From: Rebecca billardiae RCC1528
Taxonomy: Eukaryota; Protista; Haptophyta
Length of the DNA stretch: 64,000 bases
Assembly (NCBI GenBank): GCA_965240325.2
Contig: OZ251253.1
Span: 62,001 to 126,000, forward strand
Reading direction: 5' to 3'
This document shows positions 1-14,900 of the stretch, piece after piece. A program made the translations under genes and the position numbers. The first letter of the stretch is position 1; the number at the start of each line of letters is the position of its first letter. Under the pieces are notes generated by a model. The model saw only the letters and a list, made by a program, of their open reading frames with translations. It was not told where the DNA came from and ran no database searches.

Positions 1-3000
1 CGTCGACCACCAGCACGCCCAGCGCGCGAGAGAGCGCCTCGAGGTCGGCGGGCGACGACGCGCTCGCGCCGGGCGTGAGCACAGCCACAGCGTCGACCGC
101 GCGCTCGCCCGCGCCGCTGTCCGTGCTGAGCGTGAACACCACGTCCAGCAGCCCGTCGTCCGTGGTCGTCACAGAGCCCACGGCCAGCCGCTCCACGCCC
201 ACGCCCAGCGCGTCGGCAAGCGAGGCGAGCACGAAGCTGCTCGCGCCGTCAAACTCGGCGGCCGTCACGTTCAGCGTGAGCGCCACGTACTGCGTGCCCG
301 CGGACGCGTCGGGCGGCGGGCTCGGCGGCGAGGGCGGGAGCGGAGGCGGCCACGGCGCCGCGGGTGGTGCGGGTGGCGGCGAAGACGGGCGTGGCGGCGA
401 GGGTGGCGGCGACGGCGGTGCGTGCGCCCGGGGCGCGCTGGCCGCGGGCAATCCCAGCAGCGCCGACAGCTCGGCCAGGCTCGCCGGAGACTCGGCCGTC
501 GCGCCAGGCGTGAGCAAGCCCACCGGGTCGGCGACGGGCACCTCGTCGAGCAGCGGCGCCGTCGTCACGCGGACCACCACGTCGAGCAGCCCGCCCTCGC
601 CGCTCGACACCGAGTCGATCACCACGCGGTCCGGGTCGACGCCCAGCTGCGCCGCGAGCGCCTCGCGCACCGCGTCGCTCGACGCTGCAAACGCGGCCGC
701 GCTCGCGTCCACGCTCAGCGCGATGTACTGGTTGGTGCCAAAGTCGGGCGGCGGCGAGGGCGGCGAGGGCGGCGCCGAGGGCGGCATGAAGCCGCGCGGC
801 ACCGAGAGCACGGGCGTGCCGAGGAGGCTCGACAGCTCCGCGAGGGTGCCCGGCGACTCGTCAGTCGCGCCCGGCGCGAGAACGGACAGCGCGTCCACTG
901 CGAGCTCGCCCGCCACAGCGTCGGTCGTCACCTTGATCACCACCTCGAGCCCGCCACCGTCCACGCCGCGGGTCGATTCGACACTCACGCGGTCAACGCT
1001 CACGCCAAGCTGCGCAGCGATCGCCACGAGCGTCGACGCCGCCGTTGCACCAAATGCGTCCGCGCTCGTGTCGAGCACGAGGGCCACGTACTGCGCGACC
1101 GAGAAGTCGGGCGGCGGATGTGGCGGCGGCGACGGCGGCGGCGGCGGCGTGGGCGGCGAGGGCGGCGGCGAAGGCGGCGACGAGGGCGGCACGTGGTTGA
1201 ACGGCTGCGCGCGCACGGGCACGCCCAGCGCGGCCGAGAGCTCAGCCAGGCTGGTTGGCGACGTCGGCGTCGCGCCCGGCGCGAGCGCGGCGGCAGGGTC
1301 TACCGGCGTCTCGCCCGCGGCCGCGTCCGTCGTCACCTTGAACACCACGCTCAGCAGCCCGCCCTCGCTCCGCACCTGCTCGACGCTCACGCGCGACGCG
1401 TCCACGCCGAGCTCGGCCGCCACGCGCGACACCGTCTGCGCCGTCACCGCCGCGAATGCGACGGGCGTCATGTCGAGCTGCAGCACGACGTACTCCTCGC
1501 GGTCGAAGCTCGGCGGGGGCGAGGGCGACGGCGGCAGCGGCGGCGGCGACGGCGGCACGTGCCGGTGCGGCGCGTCGACCACCAGCACGCCCAGTGCGCG
1601 AGAGAGCGCCTCGAGGTCTGAGGGCGACGACGCGCTCGCGCCGGGCGTGAGCACAGCCACTGCGTCGACCGCGCGCTCGCCCGCGCCGCTGTCCGTGCTG
1701 AGCGTGAACACCACGTCCAGCAGCCCGTCGTCAGTTGTCGTCACAGAGCCCACGGCCAGCCGCTCCATGCCCACGCCCAGCGCGTCAGCGAGCGAGGCGA
1801 GCAGGAAGCTGCTCGCGCCGTCAAACTCGGCGGCCGTCACGTTCAGCGTGAGCGCCACGTACTGCGTGCCCGCGGACGCGTCGGGCGGCGGGCTCGGCGG
1901 CGAGGGCGGGCGCGGAGGCGGCGACGGCGCCGATGGCGGTGCGGGTGGCGGCGAAGACGGGCGTGGCGGCGAAGGCGGCGGCGAAGGCGGCGCGTGCGCC
2001 CGGGGCGCGCTGCCCACGGGCACGCCCAGCAGCGCCGACAGCTCGGCCAGGCTCGCCGGAGACTCGGACGTCGCGCCCGGCGTGAGCGAGCCCACCGGGT
2101 CGGCGACGGGAACCTCGTCGAGCAGCGGCGCCGTCGTCACGCGGATCACCACGTCGAGCAGCCCGCCCTCGCCGCTCGACACCGAGTCGATCACCACGCG
2201 GTCCGGATCGACGCCCAGCTGCGCCGCGAGCGCCTCGCGCACAGCGTCGCTCGACGCTGCGAACGCGGCCGCGCTCGCCTCCACGCTCAGCGCGATGTAC
2301 TGGTTGGTGCCAAAGTCGGGCGGCGGCGAGGGCGGCGAGGGCGACGCCGAGGGCGGCATGAAGCCGCGCGGCACCGAGAGCACGGGCGTGCCGAGGAGGC
2401 TCGACAGCTCCGCGAGGGTGCTCGGCGACTCGTCGGTCGCGCCCGGCGCGAGAACGGACAGCGCGTCCACTGCGAGCTCGCCCGCCACGGCGTCGGTCGT
2501 CACCTTGATCACCACCTCGAGCCCGCCACCGTCCACGCCGCCGGTCGACTCCACACTCACGCGGTCGGCGCTCACGCCCAGCTGCGCAGCGATCGCCGCG
2601 AGCGTCGACGCCGCCGTCGCGTCGAACGCGTCCGCGCTCGTGTCGAGCACGAGGGCCACGTACTGCGCGCGCGTGTAGTCTGGCGGTGGCTGCGGCGGCG
2701 CAGAGGGCGACGCGGGCGGCGACGAGGGCGGCACGTGGTTCAACGGCTGAGCGCGCACGGGCACGCCCAGCGCCGCGGACAGCTCGGCAAGGCTTGTGAA
2801 CGAGCTCGCGGTCGCGCCAGGGGTGAGCATGGCGGCCACGTCAACACTCGGCTCACCCGCCGACTCAGCCGTCGTCACCTTCAGCACCACGCTGAGCAGA
2901 CCGGCCTCACTCCGCACCTGCTCGACGCTCACGCGCGACGCGTCCACGCCGAGCTCGGCCGCCACGCGCGACACCGTCTGCGCAGAGACGGACGCGAACG

Positions 3001-6000
3001 CGACAGAGCTCATGTCGAGCCGCAGCGCGACGTACTGCTCGCTGTCGAAGCTCGGCGGGGGCGAGGGCGACGGCGGCAGCGGCGGCGGCGATGGCGGCAC
3101 GTGCCGATGCGGCGCGTCGACCACCAGCACGCCCAGCGCGCGAGAGAGCGCCTCGAGGTCGGCGGGCGACGACGCGCTCGCGCCGGGCGTGAGCACAGCC
3201 ACAGCGTCGACCGCGCGCTCGCCCGCGCCGCTGTCCGTGCTGAGCGTGAACACCACGTCCAGCAGCCCGTCGTCCGTGGTCGTCACAGAGCCCACGGTCA
3301 GCCGCTCCACGCCCACGCCCAGCGCGTCGGCGAGCGAGGCGAGCAGGAAGCTGCTCGCGCCGTCAAACTCGGCGGCCGTCACGTTCAGCGTGAGCGCCAC
3401 GTACTGCGTGCCCGCGGACGCGTCGGGCGGCGGGCTCGGCGGCGAGGGCGGGAGCGGAGGCGGCCACGGCGCCGCGGGTGGTGCGGGTGGCGGCGAAGAC
3501 GGGCGTGGCGGCGAGGGTGGCGGCGACGGCGGTGCGTGCGCCCGGGGCGCGCTGGCCGCGGGCAATCCCAGCAGCGCCGACAGCTCGGCCAGGCTCGCCG
3601 GAGACTCGGCCGTCGCGCCAGGCGTGAGCAAGCCCACCGGGTCGGCGACGGGCACCTCGTCGAGCAGCGGCGCCGTCGTCACGCGGACCACCACGTCGAG
3701 CAGCCCGCCCTCGCCGCTCGACACCGAGTCGATCACCACGCGGTCCGGGTCGACGCCCAGCTGCGCCGCGAGCGCCTCGCGCACCGCGTCGCTCGACGCT
3801 GCAAACGCGGCCGCGCTCGCGTCCACGCTCAGCGCGATGTACTGGTTGGTGCCAAAGTCGGGCGGCGGCGAGGGCGGCGAGGGCGGCGCCGAGGGCGGCA
3901 TGAAGCCGCGCGGCACCGAGAGCACGGGCGTGCCGAGGAGGCTCGACAGCTCCGCGAGGGTGCCCGGCGACTCGTCAGTCGCGCCCGGCGCGAGAACGGA
4001 CAGCGCGTCCACTGCGAGCTCGCCCGCCACAGCGTCGGTCGTCACCTTGATCACCACCTCGAGCCCGCCACCGTCCACGCCGCGGGTCGATTCGACACTC
4101 ACGCGGTCGACGCTCACGCCAAGCTGCGCAGCGATCGCCACGAGCGTCGACGCCGCCGTTGCACCAAATGCGTCCGCGCTCGTGTCGAGCACGAGGGCCA
4201 CGTACTGCGCGACCGAGAAGTCGGGCGGCGGATGTGGCGGCGGCGACGGCGGCGGCGGCGGCGTGGGCGGCGAGGGCGGCGGCGAAGGCGGCGACGAGGG
4301 CGGCACGTGGTTGAACGGCTGCGCGCGCACGGGCACGCCCAGCGCGGCCGAGAGCTCAGCCAGGCTGGTTGGCGACGTCGGCGTCGCGCCCGGCGCGAGC
4401 GCTGCGGCAGGGTCCACCGGCGTCTCGCCCGCGGCCGCGTCCGTCGTCACCTTGAACACCACGCTCAGCAGCCCGCCCTCGCTCCGCACCTGCTCGACGC
4501 TCACGCGCGACGCGTCCACGCCGAGCTCGGCCGCCACGCGCGACACAGTCTGCGCCGTCACCGCGGCGAACGCGACGGGCGTCATGTCGAGCTGCAGCAC
4601 GACGTACTCCTCGCGGTCGAAGCTCGGCGGGGGCGAGGGCGACGGCGGCAGCGGCGGCGGCGACGGCGGCACGTGCCGGTGCGGCGCGTCGACCACCAGC
4701 ACGCCCAGTGCGCGAGAGAGCGCCTCGAGGTCTGAGGGCGACGACGTGCTCGCGCCGGGCGTGAGCACAGCCACTGCGTCGACCGCGCGCTCGCCCGCGC
4801 CGCTGTCCGTGCTGAGCGTGAACACCACGTCCAGCAGCCCGTCGTCCGTGGTCGTCACAGAGCCCACGGCCAGCCGCTCCACGCCCACACCGAGCGCATC
4901 AGCGAGCGACGCAAGCAGGAAGCTGCTCGCGCCGTCAAACTCGGCGGCCGTCACGTTCAGCGTGAGCGCCACGTACTGCGTGCCCGCGGACGCGTCGGGC
5001 GGCGGGCTCGGCGGCGAGGGCGGGCGCGGAGGCGGCGACGGCGCCGATGGCGGTGCGGGTGGCGGCGAAGACGGGCGTGGCGGCGAAGGCGGCGGCGATG
5101 GCGGCGCGTGCGCCCGGGGCGCGCTGCCCACGGGCACGCCCAGCAGCGCCGACAGTTCGGCCAGGCTCGCCGGAGACTCGGACGTCGCGCCCGGCGTGAG
5201 CGAGCCCACCGGGTCGGCGACGGGAACCTCGTCGAGCAGCGGCGCCGTCGTCACGCGGATCACCACGTCGAGCAGCCCGCCCTCGCCGCTCGACACCGAG
5301 TCGATCACCACGCGGTCCGGATCGACGCCCAGCTGCGCCGCGAGCGCCTCGCGCACAGCGTCGCTCGACGCTGCAAACGCGGCCGCGCTCGCCTCCACGC
5401 TCAGCGCGATGTACTGGTTGGTGCCAAAGTCGGGCGGCGGCGAGGGCGGCGAGGGCGGCGCCGAGGGCGGCATGAAGCCGCGCGGCACCGAGAGCACGGG
5501 CGTGCCGAGGAGGCTCGACAGCTCCGCGAGGGTGCCCGGCGACTCGTCAGTCGCGCCCGGCGCGAGAAAGGACAGCGCGTCCACTGCGAGCTCGCCCGCC
5601 ACAGCGTCGGTCGTCACCTTGATCACCACCTCGAGCCCGCCACCGTCCACGCCGCCGGTCGATTCGACACTCACGCGGTCGGCGCTCACGCCCAGCTGCG
5701 CAGCGATCGCCGCGAGCGTCGACGCCGCCGTCGCGTCGAACGCGTCCGCGCTCGTGTCGAGCACGAGGGCCACGTACTGCGCGCGCGTGTAGTCTGGCGG
5801 TGGCTGCGGCGGCGCAGAGGGCGACGCGGGCGGCGACGAGGGCGGCACGTGGTTCAACGGCTGAGCGCGCACGGGCACGCCCAGCGCCGCGGACAGCTCG
5901 GCAAGGCTTGTGGGCGAGCTCGCGGTCGCGCCAGGGGTGAGCATGGCGGCCACGTCAACACTCGGCTCACCCATCGTCCCATCCGTCGTCACCTTGAACA

Positions 6001-8910
6001 CCACGCTGAGCAGACCGTCCTCGCTCCGCACCTGCTCGACGCTCACGCGCGACGCGTCCACGCCGAGCTCGGCCGCCACGCGCGACACAGTCTCCGCGGA
6101 GACGGACGCGAACGCGACCGAGCTCATGTCGAGCCGCAGCGCGACGTACTGCTCGCTGTCGAAGCTCGGCGGGGGCGAGGGCGACGGCGGCAGCGGCGGC
6201 GGCGACGGAGGCACGTGCCGATGCGGCGCGTCGACCACCAGCACGCCCAGCGCGCGAGAGAGCGCCTCGAGGTCGGCGGGCGACGACGCGCTCGCGCCGG
6301 GCGTGAGCAAAGCCACAGCGTCGACCGCGCGCTCGCCCGCGCCGCCGTCCGTGCTGAGCGTGAACACCACGTCCAGCAGCCCGTCGTCCGTGATCGTCGC
6401 AGAGCCCACGGTCAGCCGCTCCACGCCCACGCCCAGCGCGTCGGCGAGCGAGGCGAGCAGCAAGCTGCTCGCGCCGTCAAACTCGGCGGCCGTCACGTTC
6501 AGCGTGAGCGCCACGTACTGCGTGCCCGCGGACGCGTCGGGCGGCGGGCTCGGCGGCGAGGGCGGGCGCGGAGGCGGCGACGGCGCAGCAGGCGGTGCGG
6601 GTGGCGGCCAGGACGGGCGCGGCGGCGAAGGCGGCGGCGACGGCGGTGCGTGCGCCCGGGGCACGCTGGCCACGGGCAATCCCAGCAGCGCCGACAGCTC
6701 TGCCAGGCTCGCCGGAGACTCGGCCGTCGCGCCCGGCGTGAGCGAGCCCACCGGGTCGGCGACGGGCACCTCGTCGAGCAGCGGCGCCGTCGTCACGCGG
6801 ATCACCACGTCGAGCAGCCCGCCCTCACCGCTCGACACCGAGTCGATCACCACGCGGTCCGGGTCGACGCCCAGCTGCGCCGCAAGCGCCTCGCGCGCCG
6901 CGTCGCTCGACGCTGCAAACACAGCCGCGCTCGATTCCACGCTCAGCGCGATGTACTGGTTGGTGCCAAAGTCGGGCGGCGGCGAGGGCGGCGAGGGCGG
7001 CGCCGAGGGCGGCATGAAGCCGCGCGGCACCGAGAGCACGGGCGTGCCGAGGAGGCTCGACAGCTCCGCGAGGGTGCCCGGCGACTCGTCAGTCGCGCCC
7101 GGCGCGAGAATGGACAGCGCGTCCACTGCGAGCTCGCCCGCCACGGCGTCGGTCGTCACCTTGATCACCACCTCGAGCCCGCCACCGTCCACGCCACTGG
7201 TGGACTCCACACTCACGCGGTCGGCGCTCACGCCCAGCTGCACAGCGATCGCCGCCAGCGTCGACGCCGCTGTCGCGTCGAACGCCTCCGCGCTCGTGTC
7301 CAGCACGAGGGCCACGTACTGCCCGACCGAGAAGTCGGGCGGCGGCAATGGCGGCGGCGACGGCGGCGCAGGCGGAGGGGCAGGCGGCACGTGATTCCGC
7401 GGCAGAGCTCGGACAGGGACCCCCAGCGCCTCGGACAGCTCTGCGAGGCTGGCCAGAGAGCTCGTCGGGGCGCCAGGAGTGAGTGCCGCCGCTGCATGCA
7501 CAGTCTGCTCACCAGCAGCTGTGTCGGTCGCAATCTTGATCACCACGCTCAGCAGACCATCTGCTGATTGCACCGCCTCCACTGTGACGCGCGAGGCGGC
7601 CACGCCCAGCGCGCTCGCCACGTTCGCCTCGACCGCTGGGGCGAGCGCTGCAAACTCAGAAGCCGCCATGTCCACTTGCAGGAGCACGTACTCGTTTGCG
7701 CTGCGGTCGGGTGGCGGAGCTGGTGCAGGCACTGGCGGGCTCGGAGGCATGCCGAGCTGCGCTGGCGGCAGCGGCGGCGGCGACGGCGGCACGTGCCGAT
7801 GCGGCGCGTCGACCACCAGCACGCCCAGCGCGCGAGAGAGCGCCTCGAGATCGGCGGGCGACGACGCGCTCGCGCCGGGCGTGAGCACAGCCACAGCGTC
7901 GACCGCGCGCTCGCCCGCGCCGCCGTCCGTGCTGAGCGTGAACACCACGTCCAGCAGCCCGTCGTCAGTGGTCGTCACAGATCCCACGGCCAGCCGCTCC
8001 ACGCCCACGCCCAGCGCGTCGGCGAGCGAGGCGAGCAGCAAGCTGCTCGCGCCGTCAAACTCGGCGGCCGTCACGTCCAGCGTGAGCGCCACGTACTGCG
8101 TGCCCGCGGACGCGTCGGGCGGCGGCCTCGGCGGCGAGGGCGGGAGCGGAGGCGGCGACGGCGCCGATGGCGGTGCGGGTGGCGGCGACGACGGGCGCGG
8201 CGGCGAGGGTGGCGGCGACGGCGGCGCGTGCGCCCGGGGCACGCTGCCCACGGGCAATCCCAGCAGCGCCGACAGCTCGGCCAGGCTCGCCGGAGACTCC
8301 ACCGTCGCGCCCGGCGTGAGCGAGCCCACCGGGTCGGCGACGGGCACCTCGTCGAGCAGCGGCGCCGTCGTCACGCGGACCACCACGTCGAGCAGCCCGC
8401 CCTCGCCGCTCGACACCGAGTCGATCACCACGCGGTCCGGGTCGACGCCCAGCTGCGCCGCGAGCGCCTCGCGCACCGCGTCGCTCGACGCCGCAAACGC
8501 GGCCGCGCTCGCCTCCACGCTCAGCGCGATGTACTGGTTGGTGCCAAAGTCGGGCGGCGGCGAGGGCGGCGAGGGCGGCGCCGAGGGCGGCATGAAGCCG
8601 CGCGGCACCGAGAGCACGGGCGTGCCGAGGAGGCTCGACAGCTCCGCGAGGGTGCTCGGCGACTCGTCAGTCGCGCCCGGCGTCAGCACAGCGAGCGCGT
8701 CCACCGCCTCCTCGCCCGCTGCAACGTCCGTCGTCACCCTGATCACCACCTCGAGCCCACCGCTCGATCCAGCGATCGTGTGCACGCTCACTCTGCTCGC
8801 GTCCACGCCCAGCTCGGCTGCGACAGCAGCGACAAGCTCGTCTGCACTCAGAGCGAAGTCAGCTGCGCTCGTCTCGAGCACGACAGAGACGTACTGCGCA
8901 CTGGCGAAGT
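1..8910 (-). repeat. Four-domain tandem array (1572/1542-bp units) forming a 3114-bp higher-order repeat
   Basis: Spacings 1994 to 5108, 2678 to 5792 and 2796 to 5910 are all 3114 bp; 422 to 1994 is 1572 bp. Confidence 0.9.
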
Positions 8911-11900
8911 CCGGCGGCGGGTGCGGCGGCGGCGATGGCGGCAGGTGGCCCCGAGGCAGGGCCACCACAGCAAGGCCCAACATCTCCGACAGCTCGTCCA
9001 GGCTCTCCACCAGTGCCCCGTCCTCACCGGGGGTGAGGCGCTGGGCGACCTCTTGGACTGGCTCGTCCGAGGAAGAGGGCGGGCGGATGACGAACACCAC
9101 GTCAACCTGGCCACCGCCAGCGTCGTCCACGAGCTCGATCTGCACCTGCTCTGCGTCGACCCCGAGCGTTGCCGACAGCGCTGCAAGCACTGATGAGCTT
9201 GCAGCTGCAAACTCTTCAGCGCTCGCCCTGAAAGTCAGCAGCACGTGCGATGAGGTGCCCGATGGCGGTGGGGACGGAGGGACTGGCGGCGGGTGTGGCG
9301 GTGACGGCGGCCTGGAAGGGGGCGGCAGGCTGGGCGGCGGTGGGGCAGACGGCGGCGCCAAAGGCGGCACGTGCGCGCGCGGCACCGAGACCACGTCCAC
9401 GCCGAGCGCAGCCGACAGCTCCTCCAGGCTCGCCGGCGCCGTCTCGGAGGCGCCCGGCGCGAGCTCCGCGATCGGGTCGACGGCGGTCTCGCCGAGTGAC
9501 GGCTCGGTCGTCACGCGGATCACCACGTCGAGCTCGCCGCCAGTCGTGCTCGCCGTGCTCTCCACGCTCAGCCGCGACGCGTCCACGCCCAGCTCATCCG
9601 CAAGCGCCTCGAGCAGGGCAGCGCTCTGCTCGCTGAACGCAGCCTCCGTCGTGCCCAGCGTCAGCCTCACGAACGTCTCAGCCACCAGCGGCGGCGGCGG
9701 CGGCGGCGAAGGTCGCGACGGGCTGCGCGGCACCTCCAGCACCGTCACGCCGAGCGACGCCGACAGCTCGGACAGGCTCCCGACAGACGCGGACGATACA
9801 CCCGGCGTCAGCTGCGCCGCAGCGTCGACAGGTGTCTCCCCTGCCTCCTCGTCAGTGCTCACCTTGATCACGACGCGGAGGCTGCCGTCGGCGTTCACGC
9901 CGAGCACGTCCAGGCTCACGCGGCTGGCAGACACGCCGAGCTCCGCGGCGAGCGCCACCAGCACGCTGCCGCCACTCACCGCAAACTCCTCAGGCGTCGT
10001 GTCGAGCGCCAGCTCCACGTACTCTGTCGACGCTGAGCCCGGCGGCGGCGACGGCGGTGAGGGCGGCGGGTCGGGCGGCGACGGCGGCGGTGAAGGCGGC
10101 GGCTGGCGCGGCGACGGCGGCGGTGGCGTCGGCGGCGACGGCGGCGCCGGCGGCGGAGACGGCGGCACGTGCGCGCGTGGCACCGAGACCACGTCCACGC
10201 CGAGCGCAGCCGACAGCTCCTCCAGGCTCGCCGGCGCCGTCTCGGAGGCGCCCGGCGCGAGCTCCGCGATCGGGTCGATGGCGGTCTCGCCGAGTGACGG
10301 CTCGGTCGTCACGCGGATCACCACGTCGAGCTCGCCGCCCGCCGTGCCCGCTGTGCTCGCCACGCTCAGCCGCGACGCGTCCACGCCCAGCTCGTCCGCT
10401 AGCGCCTCGAGCAGGGCAGCGCTCTGCTCGCTGAACGCAGCCTCCGTCGTGCCCAGCGTCAGCCGCACGAACGTCTCAGCCACCAGCGGCGGCGGCGGCG
10501 GCGGTGAGGGCGGCGCGAGGCTGCGCGGCTGCTCGAGCACGAGCACGCCCAGCGACGCCGACAGCTCCGCCAGGCTCGCCACCGACCCTGCCGACGCCCC
10601 TGGCGTGAGCTGCGCCGCCGCATTCACTGCAACCTCGCCCGCCTCCACGTCCGTCGTCACCTTGAGCAGCACGCGCAGGCTGCCGTCCTCGTTCGGCTCG
10701 AGCACGTCAATGCCGACGCGCGAAGGGTCCACGCCGAGCTCGGCAGCCAACGCCGCCAGCACGCCGCCGCTGAGCACGGCAAAATCCTCCGCGGACACGT
10801 CCAGGCGCAGCTCCACGTACTCCGTCGTCGCAGAGCCCGGCGGCGGAGATGGCGGCGAGGGCGGCGGGTCGGGAGGCGATGGAGGCGGAGATGGCGGTGG
10901 GGAGAGCGGCGACGGCGGGGCTGGCGGCGGGCGGAGTGGGGGCGCAGGTGGAGGAGACGGCGGCACGTGCGCGCGTGGCACCGAGACCACGTCCACGCCG
11001 AGCGCAGCCGACAGCTCCTCCAGGCTCGCCGGCGCCGTCTCGGAGGCGCCCGGCGCGAGCTCCGCGATCGGGTCGACGGCCGTCTCGCCGAGTGACGGCT
11101 CGGTCGTCAGGCGGATCACCACGTCGAGCGCGCCGCCCGTCGTGCTCGCCGTGCTCTCCACGCTCAGCCGCGACGCGTCCACGCCCAGCTCGTCCGCGAG
11201 CGCCTCGAGCAGGGCAGCGCTCTGCTCGCTGAACGCAGCCTCCGTCGTGCCCAGCGTCAGCCGCACGAACGTCTCAGCCACCAGCGGCGGCGGCGGCGGC
11301 GGCGAAGGTCGCGACGGGCTGCGCGGCACCTCCAGCACCGTCACGCCGAGCGACGCCGACAGCTCGGACAGGCTCCCGACAGACGCGGACGATACACCCG
11401 GCGTCAGCTGCGCCGCAGCGTCGACAGGTGTCTCCCCTGCCTCCTCGTCAGTGCTCACCTTGATCACGACGCGGAGGCTGCCGTCGGCGTTCACGCCGAG
11501 CACGTCCAGGCTCACGCGGCTGGCAGACACGCCGAGCTCCGCGGCGAGCGCCACCAGCACGCTGCCGCCACTCACCGCAAACTCCTCAGGCGTCGTGTCG
11601 AGCGCCAGCTCCACGTACTCTGTCGACGCTGAGCCCGGCGGCGGCGACGGCGGCGACGGCGGCGGATCGGGCGGCGACGGCGGCGGTGAAGGCGGCGGCT
11701 GGCGCGGCGACGGCGGCGGTGGCGTCGGCGGCGACGGCGGCGCCGGCGGCGGAGACGGCGGCACGTGCGCGCGTGGCACCGAGACCACGTCCACGCCGAG
11801 CGCAGCCGACAGCTCCTCCAGGCTCGCCGGCGCCGTCTCGGAGGCGCCCGGCGCGAGCTCCGCGATCGGGTCGATGGCGGTCTCGCCGAGTGACGGCTCG

Positions 11901-14900
11901 GTCGTCACGCGGATCACCACGTCGAGCTCACCGCCCGCCGTGCCCGCTGTGCTCGCCACGCTCAGCCGCGACGCGTCCACGCCCAGCTCGTCCGCAAGCG
12001 CCTCGAGCAGGGCAGCGCTCTGCTCGCTGAACGCAGCCTCCGTCGTGCCCAGCGTCAGCCGCACGAACGTCTCAGCCACCAGCGGCGGCGGCGGCGGCGG
12101 AGAATGCGGCGGCGGCGGCGGCGAGGGCGGCGCGAGGCTGCGCGGCTGCTCGAGCACGAGCACGCCCAACGACGCCGACAGCTCCGCCAGGCTCGCCACC
12201 GACCCGGCCGACGCCCCTGGCGTGAGCTGCGCCGCCGCATTCACTGCAACCTCGCCCGCCTCCACGTCCGTCGTCACCTTGAGCAGCACGCGCAGGCTGC
12301 CGTCCTCGTTCGGCTCGAGCACGTCAATGCCGACGCGCGAAGGGTCCACGCCGAGCTCGGCAGCCAACGCCGCCAGCACGCCGCCGCTGAGCACGGCAAA
12401 ATCCTCCGCGGACACGTCCAGGCGCAGCTCCACGTACTCCGTCGTCGCAGAGCCCGGCGGCGGAGATGGCGGCGAGGGCGGCGGGTCGGGAGGCGATGGA
12501 GGCGGAGATGGCGGTGGGGAGAGCGGCGACGGCGGGGCTGGCGGCGGGCGGAGTGGGGGCGCAGGTGGAGGAGATGGCGGCACGTGCGCGCGCGGCACCG
12601 AGACCACGTCCACGCCGAGCGCAGCCGACAGCTCCTCCAGGCTCGTCGGCGCCGTCTCGGAGGCGCCCGGCGCGAGCTCCGCGATCGGGTCGATGGCGGT
12701 CTCGCCGAGTGACGGCTCGGTCGTCAGGCGGATCACCACGTCGAGCGCGCCGCCCGTCGTGCTCGCCGTGCTCTCCACGCTCAGCCGCGACGCGTCCACG
12801 CCCAGCTCGTCCGCGAGCGCCTCGAGCAGGGCAGCGCTCTGCTCGCTGAACGCAGCCTCCGTCGTGCCCAGCGTCAGCCGCACGAACGCCTCAGCCACCA
12901 GCGGCGGCGGCGGCGGCGGCGAAGGTCGCGACGGGCTGCGCGGCACCTCCAGCACCGTCACGCCGAGCGACGCCGACAGCTCGGACAGGCTCCCGACAGA
13001 CGCGGACGATACACCCGGCGTCAGCTGCGCCGCAGCGTCGACAGGTGTCTCCCCTGCCTCCTCGTCAGTGCCCACCTTGATCACGACGCGGAGGCTGCCG
13101 TCGGCGTTCACGCCGAGCACGTCCAGGCTCACGCGGCTGGCAGACACGCCGAGCTCCGCGGCGAGCGCCAGCAGCACGCTGCCGCCACTCACCGCAAACT
13201 CCTCAGGCGTCGTGTCGAGCGCCAGCTCCACGTACTCTGTCGACGCTGAGCCCGGCGGCGGCGACGGCGGCGACGGCGGCGGATCGGGCGGCGACGGCGG
13301 CGGTGAAGGCGGCGGCTGGCGCGGCGACGGCGGCGGTGGCGTCGGCGGCGACGGCGGCGCCGGCGGCGGAGACGGCGGCACGTGCGCGCGTGGCACCGAG
13401 ACCACGTCCACGCCGAGCGCAGCTGACAGCTCCTCCAGGCTCGCCGGCGCCGTCTCGGAGGCGCCCGGCGCAAGCTCCGCGATCGGGTCGACGACCGTCT
13501 CGCCCAGTGACGGCTCGGTCGTCACGCGGATCACCACGTCGAGCGCACCGCCCGTCGTGCTCGCCGTGCTCTCCACGCTCAGCCGCGACGCGTCCACGCC
13601 CAGCTCGTCCGCGAGCGCCTCGAGCAGGGCAGCGCTCTGCTCGCTGAACGCAGCCTCCGTCGTGCCCAGCGTCAGCCGCACGAACGTCTCAGCCACCAGC
13701 GGCGGCGGCGGCGGCGGAGAATGCGGCGGCGGCGGCGGCGAGGGCGGCGCGAGGCTGCGGGGCTGCTCGAGCACGAGCACGCCCAACGACGCCGACAGCT
13801 CCGCCAGGCTCGCCACCGAGTCAGCCGACGCCCCTGGCGTGAGCTGCGCCGCTGCATTCACTGCAACCTCGCCCGCCTCCTCGTCTGTCGTCACCTTGAG
13901 CAGCACGCTCAGGCTGCCGTCCTCGTTCGGCTCGAGCACGTCGATGTCCACGCGCGATGGGTCCACGCCGAGCTCGGCAGCCAACGCCGAAAGCACGCCA
14001 CCGCTGAGCACTGCAAAATCCTCCGCGGACACGTCCAGGCGCAGCTCCACGTACTCCGTCGTCGCAGAGCCCGGCGGCGGCGACGGCGGTGAGGGCGGCG
14101 GGTCGGGCGGCGACGGCGGCGGTGATGGCGGTGGAGAGAGCGGCGACGGCGGAAACGGCGGCGCATTGGGCGGAGACGCCGGCGGAGGCGACGGCGGCAC
14201 GTGCGCGCGCGGCACCGAGACCACGTCCACGCCGAGCGCAGCCGACAGCTCCTCCAGGCTCGCCGGCGCCGTCTCGGAGGCGCCCGGCGCAAGCTCTGCG
14301 ATCGGGTCGACGGCCGTCTCGCCGAGTGACGGCTCGGTCGTCACGCGGATCACCACGTCGAGCGCGCCGCCCGTCGTGCTCGCCGTGCTCTCCACGCTCA
14401 GCCGCGAAGCGTCCACGCCCAGCTCGTCCGCGAGCGCCTCGAGCAGGGCAGCGCTCTGCTCGCTGAACGCAGCCTCCGTCGTGCCCAGCGTCAGCCGCAC
14501 GAACGTCTCAGCCACCAGCGGCGGCGGCGGCGGCGCACTGGGCATGGGCGGCGGCGAGGGCGATATCCGGCTCACGGGCGTGTCGAGCACGACCACGCCC
14601 AGCGACGCCGACAGCTCCGCCAGGCTCGCCACCGAATCAGCCGACGCCCCTGGCGTGAGCTGCACCGCTGCATTCACTGCCGTCTCGCCAGCCTCCTCGT
14701 CCGTCGTCACCTTGAGCAGCACGCCCAGGCTGCCGTCCTCGTTCGGCTCGAGCACGTCGATGTCCACGCGCGATGCGTCCACGCCGAGCTCGGCAGCCAT
14801 CGCCGACAGAAGGTCGCCGCTGAGCACGGCAAAATCCTCCGCGGACACGTCCAGGCGCAGCTCCACGTACTCCGTCGTCGCAGAGCCCGGCGGCGGCGAC